From Mytilus trossulus (lineage: Eukaryota): a DNA stretch of 64,000 nt. Numbering within the stretch: position 1 is the first letter of the stretch; each line of letters begins with the position of its first letter. The position numbers were made by a program, and so were the translations under genes. Under the pieces are notes generated by a model. The model worked only from the letters and a program-made list of their open reading frames with translations. It did not search any database and was not told the DNA's origin. Where the stretch lies: positions 44,702,001 to 44,766,000 of the forward strand of contig NC_086375.1 in NCBI RefSeq assembly GCF_036588685.1, in the 5' to 3' direction. Positions 38,728 through 63,021 of this stretch are shown one piece after another.

Positions 38728-39217
38728 GCTCAAAGCCAGATAATAAAATAGGCTATCCTTCTTAATTTTTTAGTAAAAGCAAGGATTTGTATAGTTAACT
38801 ATACCTGGGAACAGTATATCTAACGTTAATATATATGTTCCCGACTATACAAATCCTTGGTAAAAGCAAAACAACTATTAAATCAAATTGGCATATATGA
38901 TTGACCTTCATGGCAATGGCATAATGTCTTTAGTGGCTCAGTGCCAAAATAAATGTTTAGTGCCAGTGGTCCCCCAAAACTGTCAGACCTATTCTTTATA
39001 AACCAGAGACATATGTCTCTGTAAACCTATAAACTTTAACATGTTCATTATGCAAAAGTTTCAAAGTCAATTAGTTATTGCTGAGGGTGTGTCATATATG
39101 TTTTGTATTGTATATGAATATGTGCTAATATAGAACAATATTTCTTGCATACTTTAATAATTTTGGTGCCTCATGTCATCCCATTCATCTGCTTTTCGAA
39201 GGTTTTCTACGCTTTAC

Positions 39218-39425
39218 CTTACATTTTGAGAAAAAACAGAGTTAATCCGAATGAAAACTGGATCGCCTGCTTGTGTTTCGACTCACACCAAAGAGCCAAG
39301 TAAAATTAGTAAAAATAAAATTTAAACCAGTCAAATAAAAAAAAATTGGATCTTTTCTATATCTGATATGAAAAACCTACTCAAAGATTTGGTTCCGAAA
39401 GGTTTGTTTGAGTTTTTGGGATAAT
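39218..39425. promoter_or_regulatory. Probable shared promoter WDR53/AMMECR1, including a putative non-coding WDR53 exon 1
   Basis: Minus-strand donor AAG|GTAAAG at 39218/39217, ~210 bp from the AMMECR1 ATG. WDR53 needs an upstream exon because its ATG directly follows a splice acceptor. Confidence 0.45.
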
Positions 39426-50856
<11,431 letters not shown>

Positions 50857-53800
50857 TGATAGCTTTGTACAGCAGGGATCCAGTAGCTCAACTCATTCTC
50901 ACAAGGACCACTGAAGAAACCATTTTACAGGGAACCAGATCTTGTATGCATGATTTCAAATCTAATTATGACTTTCTCATCAGTTAATAAATATGTTACA
51001 TGATGTTGGTTCATCTGAAAAACAAAACCATTAACATCCATTAATTTATTGAAAAGTTTGTCAAGAAAGCTTTAGTTTTATGTGTAGATTAATCCTTCAA
51101 AATATTATACACCCATCTACATGTATACACCCATCATATTTACGATCAGTAATACACCTTTTAGCAAAATGTAAAATATTTTAAAAATTACCAATAACAT
51201 TTGAGATCTGTTCTCTAATCTCAAATAGTTTTTAGTCAAATTTGAAACCAACCTTTTAGGAAATACAAAAAATGTATATAGCTTGTACAATTTTTACTTA
51301 ACAAATATTTTGTTTTTTTAATGATAAAAATAAGAACTAAGAAATTTTGTAAGGATTTTTCCACAGAAACTCTTGATAAACTTATTGATTTAAAAATTGA
51401 TTATGTTTTTTTATCCCATAAACACACATAGGCTTTGTCACTGCAAGAACAATTAACCTGTATGTATGTATGATTTCATTTTTTACCATGTCTTGAATGT
51501 AACTTAAAAGATACTTATCAATCAAAATACAAACCTATAAACACAATCAGCTGCATATCAGGGTATAGTGTTTGGTAACACCTTTCATGTTTGCATGATC
51601 ATGGAATATTCAAATCTTGTAGGTAAATATGTTAAACAGTTTCATACGCCATTACTGTATCATTCGTAAGATCTCATTCTTGTCTTTGAAAGTAGAATCA
51701 GACATTTTGTGAGCATTACGTCTGCTTTCAATTAGACAAAGAACATAACTTTAGCAGTGTATCTCTAAGTCATCATCTTTAAGAGGCCTTTTTAAACTGT
51801 GTACTGTTTTAACTTAGTTATCATGCAAAGAATCTCATTTGCTCTACATATATGTATATGCTCTTGTTGTATCAACCATTTCTAAAAATGTATTTGTTTA
51901 GCATCAAATTTTGTTAAGAGGAGAATGAAATTGACGTGTACTTTTTTTTTACTTTATTGTTAAAAGTTGGATCCTTTAGAAAATATTGTATGACTAACAG
52001 AATGTAGAAAGTCATGTGCTGACCCAAAAAGACAACTTTTATTCCTAACTGGGATGATAAAATATATAGTAGGCTTGAAAATCATATTACTGGAACTGAA
52101 CAGCATTGGTATGCAATTGTTAATTTTGTTATATTTTTATCGAAATGAAACATTTTTCCATAATGAAGATCTAATGACAGAATTGTGTTTTGTTTGCAAA
52201 ACAAAACCAGCATTATAGCAGAAAAAGTTATTGCATTAAGGCATAGTAATTGTTTTTTTCAAATAGTCTGTCTACACATGAAATCATTTTATACAAATCT
52301 AATTTGTTAATCAGAAAAGTAATCATTTGATCAACACTTTTTTCAAATCTTGACTGAAAAAATACTTGAAAATTCAAATTTCTGTCAGATAAAATTTATG
52401 AAATCAAAAGAGCAAAATCTGGTCTTATAACTTAATTAATATCTCAAATTTAATTCAACCAATAAAATTGTTTATTTTTGACCAACTTTTTGCATTTACA
52501 CATGCAGTCTCAGGGATCACTTATTTACATGTTTAACATTTATTGTGTATAGACTTTACCACAAAAACCTGCAAGCAATAATATTTTCAAACCACCAACC
52601 TGAAGTATAATATGTCCAGTTAATCTTATTTTCCTGGCTCATTTATACTTCCAAAGTGACAACCAACATGGCTCTTCTTGGCAGTCAGTTGGAAGTGAAA
52701 AGTAATAAATCTTTAATACTTAGGGTTTATTTTGTATGATTCTATGCACTCTTTGGCAAAATTTTATTTTTATATTTTTCATTCAAAAAATTTCAAATGC
52801 CATGACGATTTTCCATTCATGGCCTTGTAGGTCAATGAGGGGCAACACACATTTCAAGCAAGAAGTAAGACTATTTGGCAGACATACAAGAGATATGTTG
52901 TGTGGCATTCATGTAGTTGTCCGAGTAAAAGTATGAATGAGCTCTATAAATAAACGAAAAAAAAAGAAAAAAAAATAGAAAATAAGTTTACCTTCAATAA
53001 TGGGTTAGAAATTTATATTTAGTCAAACAAAAATATATTTAACTTTTAAAAGGATAGAAATGTGTTAGTTTTGTTTCCTTTAATGTAGTTTTTATGGACT
53101 AATTGCTATAAAAGTCCTTTTGCATTTTTTTTTATCTTAGTTAGATTTATTGCCTTGTTGTTTGAAATTGTGATGTTTGTAACTTCCATGAGTTATCATT
53201 GTTATTAGAGCTAAAGGTCCTTGGCTGTACAAAAATATTAGGATATTTCAATATATTTGTCATTTATATATTCAAAATATTGTTAAACATTAGTATATAT
53301 CTAGAGTTGGTTAAATGTTTGAATTTTATACTTAATTCATATTTTATGTGTGCATGTTTTAGTGTGTTTCAATTTTATGTGTTGTTGGTACATTCTGTCT
53401 GTTAAGTGTGTTCCAAGATGGAAGGATTTTATGCCGACTTATTTTGATTCTTTTTATTTTACAAATGCTTCTTCTCAGGATTGCAGATTAATAAATTATT
53501 GCCATGCTGTACTGCTGAATTTAAGGATAATGGTTCAATGACAGTAGATTGATTAAAAAATAGTTATTAAAAAAAACTTAACTGAACACCTTAATAATTA
53601 CGTGCATTAGCAATCCTGTTTTAGTTAGGGAGATTTCATTCAGAAATATTGTGGTTTACAATTTTATTTTTGAAAATAAGTTGAAAGTCCAGTTCTGTCA
53701 TTTGCTTTCCTTTCAGGTGAGAATAGAGAAAAATACATACCGGTACTTTGATTATAATTTTATTTAAGGTATACTTTTGGATATCTTAATTTTGATGGGA

Positions 53801-54529
53801 ATACATTTATTTTAAATTTTAATATCTCTAAATTCCAAAAGAAATGATTTATTCTGTTTGCCATAACTGTTTATTATTTATATGTAAATGGATTTATGGT
53901 GTATTTCAAATATCTCAACTTTTATATGCTTACACTGCATCATAAAAATCATAAACAAGAATATTATACCAAGAAATCTATATTAAGTAATTCAAATTAT
54001 ACAAAAGTATCTCTATGCATTGTTTTTAGATCTACTAAACCTTATAGCAGTCAGCAGAAAATAAATAATACATGATTAAAGGAAAGTTAAAAGCAAAAAG
54101 GAATCTTTTATGTTACTCTTAAGATCCACAAATTTTAAAGCAGGTTGTGATAGGTGTTTAAAATTCATAAAACATTGGTACAAGTGAAGAACATCATTTT
54201 AAATAGTGAACAAATGTTGATTTTTGTTTTACATTACTGATGAATAAATAATTAGACATTCTCATACTGTTTGTAGAGTTGGTCTTGAAAGATCTCTCAA
54301 TGTTTTTCTTATGTTTTATAAAGTTGTGAATGGTATATAAGTTTTTATATTGTCAGTATATTGTATGAATTGTGGCAATGGCCACACAAATTAAGCTTCT
54401 AAATGATATTTTAGGGTTATGATGTATGAAGGATTGATTATATATGAATGAGTGTCAAATAAAATAAAAAAATGAAAATAATACTTTGTGTTATACCTTA
54501 CTTGGCATCCAAAGGATATCTAGTTTTAG

Positions 54530-55285
54530 AATTTTATCTGGGGAATTTATTCATCAACAATCATAGTTAACAGTTAAAAAGAAGAATATAGGGGTAAAGT
54601 ACCACTTTCGGGTTATATATCTCCATTACTAAAGCAGCTAGAGCAGAACTGACAGAGTAATAAATTATCAACCGGTTGAAGTTTTTAGGTTTTGTTTTAA
54701 TTATAATTGTTAGAGAGACATTTTAAAAAGTAAGAATGTCAGAGCAGAACAATAAGATCTACAAATAAGCAAAACATGGGTCAAATCAACATCTGTACCC
54801 TACTTTGCAGAAACAATTACAGATTGCAAAATTGTTTAGTGAAATAAGATCTACAAGTTAATCAACATGTCTAAAATAGTCAATTGCCCCTTATGAGAGT
54901 TATTGCATTAGCCCTATCAAAGATGATTTAGCATAATTATGCACACAAATTGTAAAAAGCAAAAATGTTCAACAAAAACAGAAATTACAAATAAGTCAAC
55001 ATGGTCAAAATCGTAAATTGACCCTACAGGAGTTATTGATCATGAAAGATGGTTCTTACCTATTTTGGGCAAAAAACATAAGATAAATAGTTCAACAATA
55101 TATACAAAAATGTTCACCAATTTGAGATTGTCAATTGACCTCATTGAGGAGTTATTACCCTTAAAAGGTTAGTTTTATCCATGTGTGTGTGTTGATTTGC
55201 AAAAAAATGTAATATATTTCAGCACTGATAAAAAACATTTTCAAAATCCCATATTTTTACCAGGTGAGAAATTCAGGTTCTTCTT
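54530..55285 (+). mobile_element. Degenerate HINE
   Basis: Repeated AGATCTACAAATAAG / TGACCC..AGGAGTTATT core motifs and a 3' CCAGGTGAG subTIR remnant. Confidence 0.5.
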
Positions 55286-56054
55286 TTGAATACTTGTCAT
55301 GAACTGGAAAAAAACTAACAACTTTATATGGTGTATGTAATGATTTTACAGTGTACATGCCTGTCTATCTAACTCTATCATATATCATCTGACCTTGTCT
55401 TGACCTCACTTTCATGGTTCTTTAGACAGGATAAGTTTCTGTGATTGGTTTATTTCTCTCATGCTATAAACAAAGGGTCAACTATATTTGATGTATGCAA
55501 TGATTGAAATGTGTACATGTTTGCAGGGGGTTAACTGACCGTAGGCTTTTTGTCCACGATCACCGATAATGTTGCGTTTTTGTGATATTTGTATAAAAAA
55601 ACATTATTTTAGATACTTTCAACATTCAAACAGTCAAGGTCAGCAAAGCAGGCAAGACATTTCAACGTGCCGTTTATACGCTTGCATTGACACAAACGTG
55701 AGCTAGTTATTATTATAACACTTGTGTTAAGGGTGATGAGGGATACATATGACAAGCCTTTTATGTCAAAAACCCGATAAAGTAACGCGTTAACATTTAA
55801 CGCGATAAAATCACATTTAACGCGATAAATGTAGTTTAAACGCGTTAAAATTATTTTTAACGCGTAAATTGATAATTTAACACGTTAGGCAATTCACTAC
55901 AAAAAATGACAGAAAAACTTTCTACTTTTGCCTTAACTAAGTTTTAAGACGTCAGGTTTTACTCGAAACCTAATAAATGAAATGGCCGGATGTGTAATAT
56001 CTTCGTCAATTAATGCGATAATGTTGAGATAAGCAGAACATTACGTAAAAGCTT

Positions 56055-56785
56055 CTTTAACGCATAAAATGCAACTTTAACGCGTTAAATGTTATCTTAA
56101 CGTTTTAAAAGCAAGTTTAACGTGTTAAAAGCATTTTTAACGCGTTTAATGCAACTTTAACGCGTTAGATGTAAATGTTATGCGTTAAAAGCAAGTTTAA
56201 TGCGTTAGAAGCAACTTGAATGCGTAAAATGCAGTTTTAACACGTTAAATGTTATTTCAACGCATTAAATGCATCTTCAACGCGTTAAATGCAACTTTAA
56301 CGCGTTTAATGTAACTGTAACGCGTTTAATCAACTTTCACTCTTTTAATGCAACTTCAACGCGTCAAAAGCAACTTTAACGCGGTAAAAGCAACTTTAAC
56401 GCGTTGAAAGCAACTTTAACGCGTTAAAAGCAACTTTAACGCGTTAAATGCAACTTTAACGCGTTTAATGCAACTTTAACGCGTTAAATGCAACTTTAAC
56501 ACGTTGAATGCAACTTTGACGCGTTAAATGCAACTTAAACGCGTTAAATGCAGTTTTAACGCTTTGAATGCAATTTTAACGCGTTAAATGTAACTGTTAC
56601 GCGTTAAAGCAACTTTCACTCGTTGAATACAACTTCAACACGTTATAAGCAACTTTACCGCGTTGAAAGCAACTTTAACGCGTTAAAAGCAACTTTAACG
56701 CATTTAATGCAAATTAACGCGTTAAATGTAATTTTAACGCGTTAAATGCAACTTTAACGCGTTAAATGTTATTTTAACACGTTAA
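56055..56785. repeat. 20-bp tandem array with palindromic core TTAACGCGTTAA (roughly 35 units)
   Basis: Unit TTTAACGCGTTAAATGCAAC. The same core recurs at 55783-55887 and 60755-61082. Confidence 0.95.
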
Positions 56786-57674
56786 AAACAAATTTAGATT
56801 TACATTTGTCAACCTGTCTTTACGCTTCGTCTTGAATAAATTTTGTTTATTTGTCAAGTTTTTCAGATACTTTACTTCGACTTTTTGCATCATGTGATGT
56901 CTGTATCTAACATTAAAGTTTACCATAAACTGGTAGTTTGACGTATACTTACATAAGTCTCTACAGGTGAATTTTGTAAAATAAATTTTAAAACAAGAGG
57001 CCTTTAATAGCGTACATCGAGCATCTAGTAAACCATGCCCAATAATGTAACGAATCTGTGCCAAAAGAAAGAGGATGACCATTTGATATCCATTGGGGAA
57101 GGAGAATGTTATTCTTTGTTTTTACTACTTAATACTAAGTCGAGGTTTTTTTCGCCGCGCAATCATTCATTTTCGACATTTTGACCTCTAAATACTACGT
57201 TGTTTTGTAATATGGCATGTACGGAGAACAGATTATTTATCCCCCCTCTCTAAAATGGGCGCTAATATGAATGCCCTACCTGTAAAGCTGAAAGAAACTG
57301 TCTCTCTGTCCGTCCGAATTTTGTTCAAGGTTATGATTTTCTTTCTGATATTGTTTGACTCTAACCCCATTGTTTTATTTTTTATTTACATTGAGTCATA
57401 AATCACATTTATTCGGTAAGTGTTTCATCATAAGTTTTTTTAATACTAGTATGTCATTTGTTTGAGTAAAACCATTTCAGTTGATATTTCAAAGTGTGTC
57501 TTTCTATGTTGTGATTTTACATTATTGTTTCAAGATGGATAGGTGTTAGTGCCTATCTATACGTTTAAATCCACTGCATTTGTTTGCACCTGTCCTAAGT
57601 CGGGTACCTGGTACCGTATCAAAATGTCATTTTTTGATGTGCTTCATAAGTGTTTCCATTTGTTTTATAGATTA

Positions 57675-58753
57675 CTAGAACACACCCGTGATATCGCGGG
57701 TCCGTGACTGAATTAAAGTCTATAACTATGCGCAAGACTTATTTTTGTATTAGTATTGTCATCTGATAAAGTCATGCCGATTATAAGATAGTTATCACAG
57801 TTTTCTCTGCTTTCAAATCTTTCTGTTTGAACCCGTCTAACTGAAACTTATCAATTATTGGTAATATTAATTATTTGGAAAACAAAAGGTCCTGGGATGG
57901 AGTATTTTTTTTAATCAACAGCATTGTCCTATATTAGTTATAAATAAAGTTGAATTCTTTGATTCGCTGTTTTGCGTTATGCCCGCTAACAAATTGAAAA
58001 CTGTACCTATACGCCTTATTTTTAGTATTCGTATTGTTATCTTATAAAGTCTTACTGATTAAAATACTACAAAAGGTAACAATTTGACAATTTAGTAGTG
58101 TCAACCCTGTGATTATGACCCGTGTATATAGCATATCCTGAATACACCGTTTGGTGGTGCGCCTGTCAAATGCGAAACGTACAGATAAGGTAGTAGGTAA
58201 CAGATGAATATACTATTGGTATCGGTATCGGACTCGACCCGGAACTTTTTAGGTGTCAGACCACCAATTAAAAGTCCCTATCTGTTCAACCAAATTTTGC
58301 AATTTTCATAGCTTTCTAAAAATTTTATCTTAAGTTTAACCTCTTACAAACCAGGTATGTCCTGAATCGTACAGGTATCACCTTTCTTCATGCCAATTTT
58401 CGACATACCTTTAAAGCCATATAAGAAAGAAGAGACCTTCCGAATGGATGTACCACTAAAAATAACCTCTGGTTTTCTTGAAATCTTAAATTAGTATACT
58501 ATGGAGCGCATTAATCCTCAATTTTTAATTTCAAGTCATAGACAAGTAAATTTGGGCTCAAAATGGTCTAAATATATTTCTCTTTCACCAAAAGTTTCAT
58601 TTCTGCAAATTTGTTGGGTAATTTAAGTAAACAATGACATCAAATGCACTATTTTTTGTCCCGAGTAGGCCTACTTTTACATACGTTCTAAATTTGAGGG
58701 AGTAATTGGTGGTCTGACACCTTTAATTATTGGCGTAATTTTAGTATTATAGA
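57675..58753 (-). mobile_element. Non-autonomous canonical Helitron
   Basis: Minus strand begins TC(TATAATAC) and ends with hairpin ACCCGCGATATCACGGGT plus CTAG. It is inserted between A and T with no TSD. Confidence 0.85.
58252..58721. mobile_element. MITE nested in the Helitron (Harbinger-like)
   Basis: 19-bp TIR GGTGTCAGACCACCAATTA / TAATTGGTGGTCTGACACC; flanks TTA/TTT. Confidence 0.8.
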
Positions 58754-59403
58754 TACCGTTGGCTTTCCTGTTTTTACACTAGTCTTTTTTAAGGCCCTTT
58801 GTAAATTCGACAAAATAACGGCTTTAATTTAACCGAGAACTGACACACTTCGTTGCTTCCGCCAAGTTTCGGGAAGATCAGAGAATTAGAAATAGGATCA
58901 CTATACATAAGAGATAAAACAGTTGTTTAAAAATGTAACGTTGGACATCCGTTTGTTTCACAAAGTTTTGAAAATAACACGGGAAAACATATATATATAT
59001 ATATATACTGAATTAGTTTTTATAATGGTTAGTGTTTGTTAACATTTTATTTTGTTTTGCAGAGGAAATTTCGAAGATTCTGTTTTAAAACATAGGGGTT
59101 GTAGGAACAGCGTGCATGCCGTTACAGTGAAGGCTGTAATTCATTCCTGAGTGTGCTAAAATGGTATCGTCTTCATTAGTGTCATCTTCTTGTGTTTGTG
59201 GTGGTATGTTTTCATTTGCAGCACTTGTTTTTGGTAGTATGTTGTTCAAGATACCTGTTACAAATAGGACATTAGAACTTGTATGGTTTTAGTTAACAAA
59301 CCGAGATTCCTATTTTGAAATCTGGTTTGTTAAGGAGAATGGTTTAATCGTGAGAGGATGACGAAATGTAATATCTTCATTATCCTCCTCGTCTGAAATG
59401 TCC

Positions 59404-59656
59404 TGGGGTTGAAGTCATAAAACTTTGCTCAGTGCTCGGAGCACAAAAATCGTGCTCGAAACATGAAATCCAGCATTTTCATTTGTTGATTTCCGAGTAC
59501 GAGTACAAAAACTGACTCACAAGGCCAGACCTGACGGTCATTAAACTTTTGAGCATGATTTTTGTACTCAGACTCGAAAATCAAATGGCTGAATTTCATG
59601 TTTCGAGCATGATTTTTGTGCTTGGAGCACTGAGCAAAGTTTTATGCCTTCACAAC
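59404..59656. mobile_element. Foldback MITE (~250 bp, ~100-bp arms)
   Basis: TGAAG.CATAAAACTTTGCTCAGTGCTC..AGCACAAAAATC.TGCTCGAAACATGAAAT has its reverse complement at ~59592-59652. Confidence 0.8.
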
Positions 59657-59744
59657 ACGCTACTCCAAAAAATTTGAACAGATCATAGTATTCGTTAGCA
59701 ACATTATTCCATAACTCCAACCAACGATGTTTTATCGCGTTAAA

Positions 59745-60748
59745 CAGGCGCGTAGCTCCCTATACGCCAACACGCAGTTGCGTGCACATCGGTTCGGCAT
59801 GCAAAAAAAATTATTGCAAAATTAAAAATTTATAAATCAAATTTTAAAGGAAATACATATGTTGTCACTTTTTTGATTGATGAAATGTCATTAAATAACG
59901 GCATTTGGTTTCAAAATATAAGTTTTATTGGAGATCATGCATGACAAAATCGGACACTGTAACTTGTATCTTTCTCAAGATTTGAATTTGTTATACTCAG
60001 TAGTTTCGGAGCACATTTTACAGAGTACGGTTTATCTGTTTGGAATGAGATGTACCAATCGGCGTTAGCTTTAAACCCTTCGATATCGTTGAAATTATGC
60101 CACGGCGATGTGTTCGAGGGACTACCAGAGCCACTCATCCTGCAAACACGCCAAAACAGTATTGGAAAGTCTCATTCAAACTTTATTTTGCGTTTATAGA
60201 CCATATGATAATGGAACTGGAGAGTTGAGTCGCGTCTGGTATTATCAGAAAATCGCTTCTTTGTGTCGTATCTGCTTCCTCGTGTTGTAGGAAATATACA
60301 GATAATCTTTATTGCAAAAAACATGAAACCTTGACGGGTTAAAATATAACAAACGAACAAATCTCAACATTTTCTGAGACATACGAAACTGACCTGGTAT
60401 GTAATTTTGACGAATTCAATTGGGAGGTCGCTCGATGGCAAACACGTACACTGGTTTATAACATCTCGCGAATGCTACCGTGGTGACCTATCAGTGTACT
60501 ACGTCTGTTGAAATTAAATGTACGATCAACAATGACCAATGACAGGTTATCATCGCTAGCATTACTGCATATTCAACGAGATTTCAGTGTGAATATTGAC
60601 AAATAAATAGACCCGAAGAGCAGATTTTGGACAATTTTGAGAAAAGAAAAAAAAACATTTTCTTGCATAAAAGGGTCCCAAAAATTTTTCGCCTCGCTCC
60701 GCTCGGCGGTAGGTGCTTGCACATCGTTTCTTTCTAGCTACGCCCCTG
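59745..60748 (+). mobile_element. Internally deleted hAT element with 5-bp TSD (hAT5-like)
   Basis: TIR CAGG.GCGTAGCT / AGCTACGCCCCTG; TSD TTAAA; contains a transposase remnant. Confidence 0.8.
60030..60612 (+). pseudogene. Decayed hAT transposase C-terminal region
   Basis: Fragments VWNEMYQSALAL / PFDIVEIMPRRC...HPANTPKQYWKVS..YFAFIDHMIMELES* / SRLVLSENRF and hATC-like LRLLK..VRSTMTNDRLSSLALLHIQRD, with stops and frameshifts. Confidence 0.8.
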
Positions 60749-63021
60749 TTAAACGATGTTTTAACGCGTTAAATGAAGTTTTAACGCGTTAAATGGAGTT
60801 TTATCGCGTTGAATGATGTTTTAACGCGTTAAAATAATGTATCGTAGCAACGTTTTTGTGTTGAATTTAACGCGTTAATGTGATTTATTATGACACATGT
60901 GGCCAGTGCGACGGATATTTTATCGCGATAAACGTCAATTTTCACCTACGGGATAAATCCCAAACTTGATAATTGCAAAGTTTAACGCGTTAAATATATT
61001 GATTTCTTTTCGCGTTAAAGTCTTGTTTTAACGCGTTAAAACTGTATTTATCGCGTTAAATGTGATTTTATTTAACGCGTTACTTTATCGGGTTTTTGAC
61101 ATGATCGGCCTCTCATAGACACATGCTATGGAATATCCGTTTCACAGATGACAGCGGAGATGTACCATTCGTATCTTTCGTCTATCTTTTGCTGTCTCAT
61201 AGTTCGGTGTCACATTTTATAATATTCATGTTCTAGTATTTAAAAATTGATTTAATAATACAAATGTGATTGCACAATCAATACAAATTTCTTCGAAAGC
61301 TTTCCATCTGCAGAATGTACTGTTACATTGAGATTTGTTCTATGAATATGGCAATAAAGAAAACTTTTGAACGAAAGTTAGTAGTGCTTTGTGTAAATTT
61401 GTTAAAAAACATTTTTTACAAGTGCCAATCCTACACACTTAAGGATCGGTGATTTGTGAGAAGCAAGAAAGCGGTCTTAGTATTCCTAAACTCAGTATAA
61501 AATTAACTACACCGGTGACGTTTTCCGGTACAGAATCCCTACTTATGTTCCATTGGCAAAACAAATACCACCAATCGGCAATATCCACCAAGACTCGCAT
61601 TGGTTGGATTGATTGAAGTCCATGCAGCACCAATCAGTTAACGCAAACGTTACCACATGATATTTTACGTCGAAACGTCATAAACCTCTCTGGCAACCTT
61701 GTATCAGATTAGAACGTTGCTATCTATCTGCCTGCTGCTTTTATACGCCTGAATATCTAAAGTTGAATTTCGAAAGTTTTGTGAAGATTGTAGGAATCAA
61801 ATTGTAAGGTAAGACTATTTATTTTTGTCTTAAACGCAATTTTCCGAAGTAAACCAAATCCAAATAAAGATTAGCGAACATAATTGATGCATTTGTTTTC
61901 CTGTAAACTATTAATGAAGTTTCTTGTTTCTCCAACCTCAATGTCTGACGCAAGTAAAATCAGTGTATTATTCTGACCATTCAAGTTTACAGCAAGGCTA
62001 AAGAGTGAGAATAAAGAACTATTTCAATATTGGTTGTTTGAAAGAACCATGTATATAAAATAATCGTGTACAAAAGCCTCTTGTATTTAAAGTAAAGAAA
62101 TAAAATGGCTATTGTTTAGTTTTTGCTGGCCTGAAAATAATGAACAATGATTAACATAAAATTATGTAAAATTGTGCACCATAAACATATAAAATTATTA
62201 TAAAGTTAGTTAATTGATTGATTTGTTGCTGTTTGCTTAACGTCCAGTGGCAAATATTTCATTCATTTTCAACACGATAAAGTTAGTTGAATCCAATCTG
62301 TTTTCTAGCATTTCAGAAGTAATAAGTTAACACAAGTAAGCACATATAGTACCAGTTGAAATTTAAAGAATACTGTATATAAAACTCCGCGACCGAAGAG
62401 CTTTTCTTGATTTACCTTCCCCAGTTACGCTCACATGTATCATGGATGTAGAAGCACGTAGACACATTTGAAGCAACATAACACGAATGTACCTTATAAA
62501 GAATGGCAAAATTGATCTTAGGTCAACTTTACATAGAGGTTGTTGGAACCCTTGAAAACTGCTGTTAAAATAATACTATTTGCTATTGATGCTCTTAGAA
62601 CAGGGATCATGTACAGTTAAACCTCGGCCGAAACTATGTCACATGATCCTTGACGTCTAAACGTCATAGTTCTGATATTTCTTTGGCAACGTCGCCAGTT
62701 TGTTAACTTGCCTTCAGCAGTGTACACGCTTTTTTTAAACGATTCTAAACTAATACAACTATTTGTCCGAGATTCAGAAATCGAGAATAAGTTGGTAAGT
62801 TTTTATTCACATTAAAAAAAACACAGAGATATTGCATAAACGAGCAATAGATTAAATAAACCAAACATTTCAGTGTTTTATCGGATGAAAAAAAATAAGA
62901 CATACGCATGAGAGAGAGAAAAAGATAGTTTTGATTACAACAAATTAGGAATAAATATAAAAAAAAACCTTTAAAATTAGTTTTACTGTAACATTTCCTT
63001 TCCTTTTTTTCCAGAATAGAA

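Larger units (their letters stand above)
55748..61117. mobile_element. Large non-autonomous TIR transposon, IS3EU-like, with nested elements
   Basis: ~100-bp TIRs TATGA....ATGTCAAAAACCCGATAAAGTAACGCGTTAA; termini TAT...ATA; flanks GATACA/GACACA (6 bp, 1 mismatch). Confidence 0.7.

Noticed and set aside
50857-54480. Very long AMMECR1 3' UTR or lncRNA
   Set aside because: The region is repeat-poor with several AATAAA signals, but its extent cannot be determined from sequence alone.
56055-56785. CRISPR-like array of palindromic repeats
   Set aside because: The units are contiguous 20-mers with no unique spacers, there are no cas genes, and the context is eukaryotic. It is a TE-internal minisatellite.
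56774-57110. 102-aa ORF as a remnant of the IS3EU transposase N-terminus
   Set aside because: There is only a vague GYQM.IL.LL...HG pattern and no DDE motifs, so it cannot be supported without a profile search.
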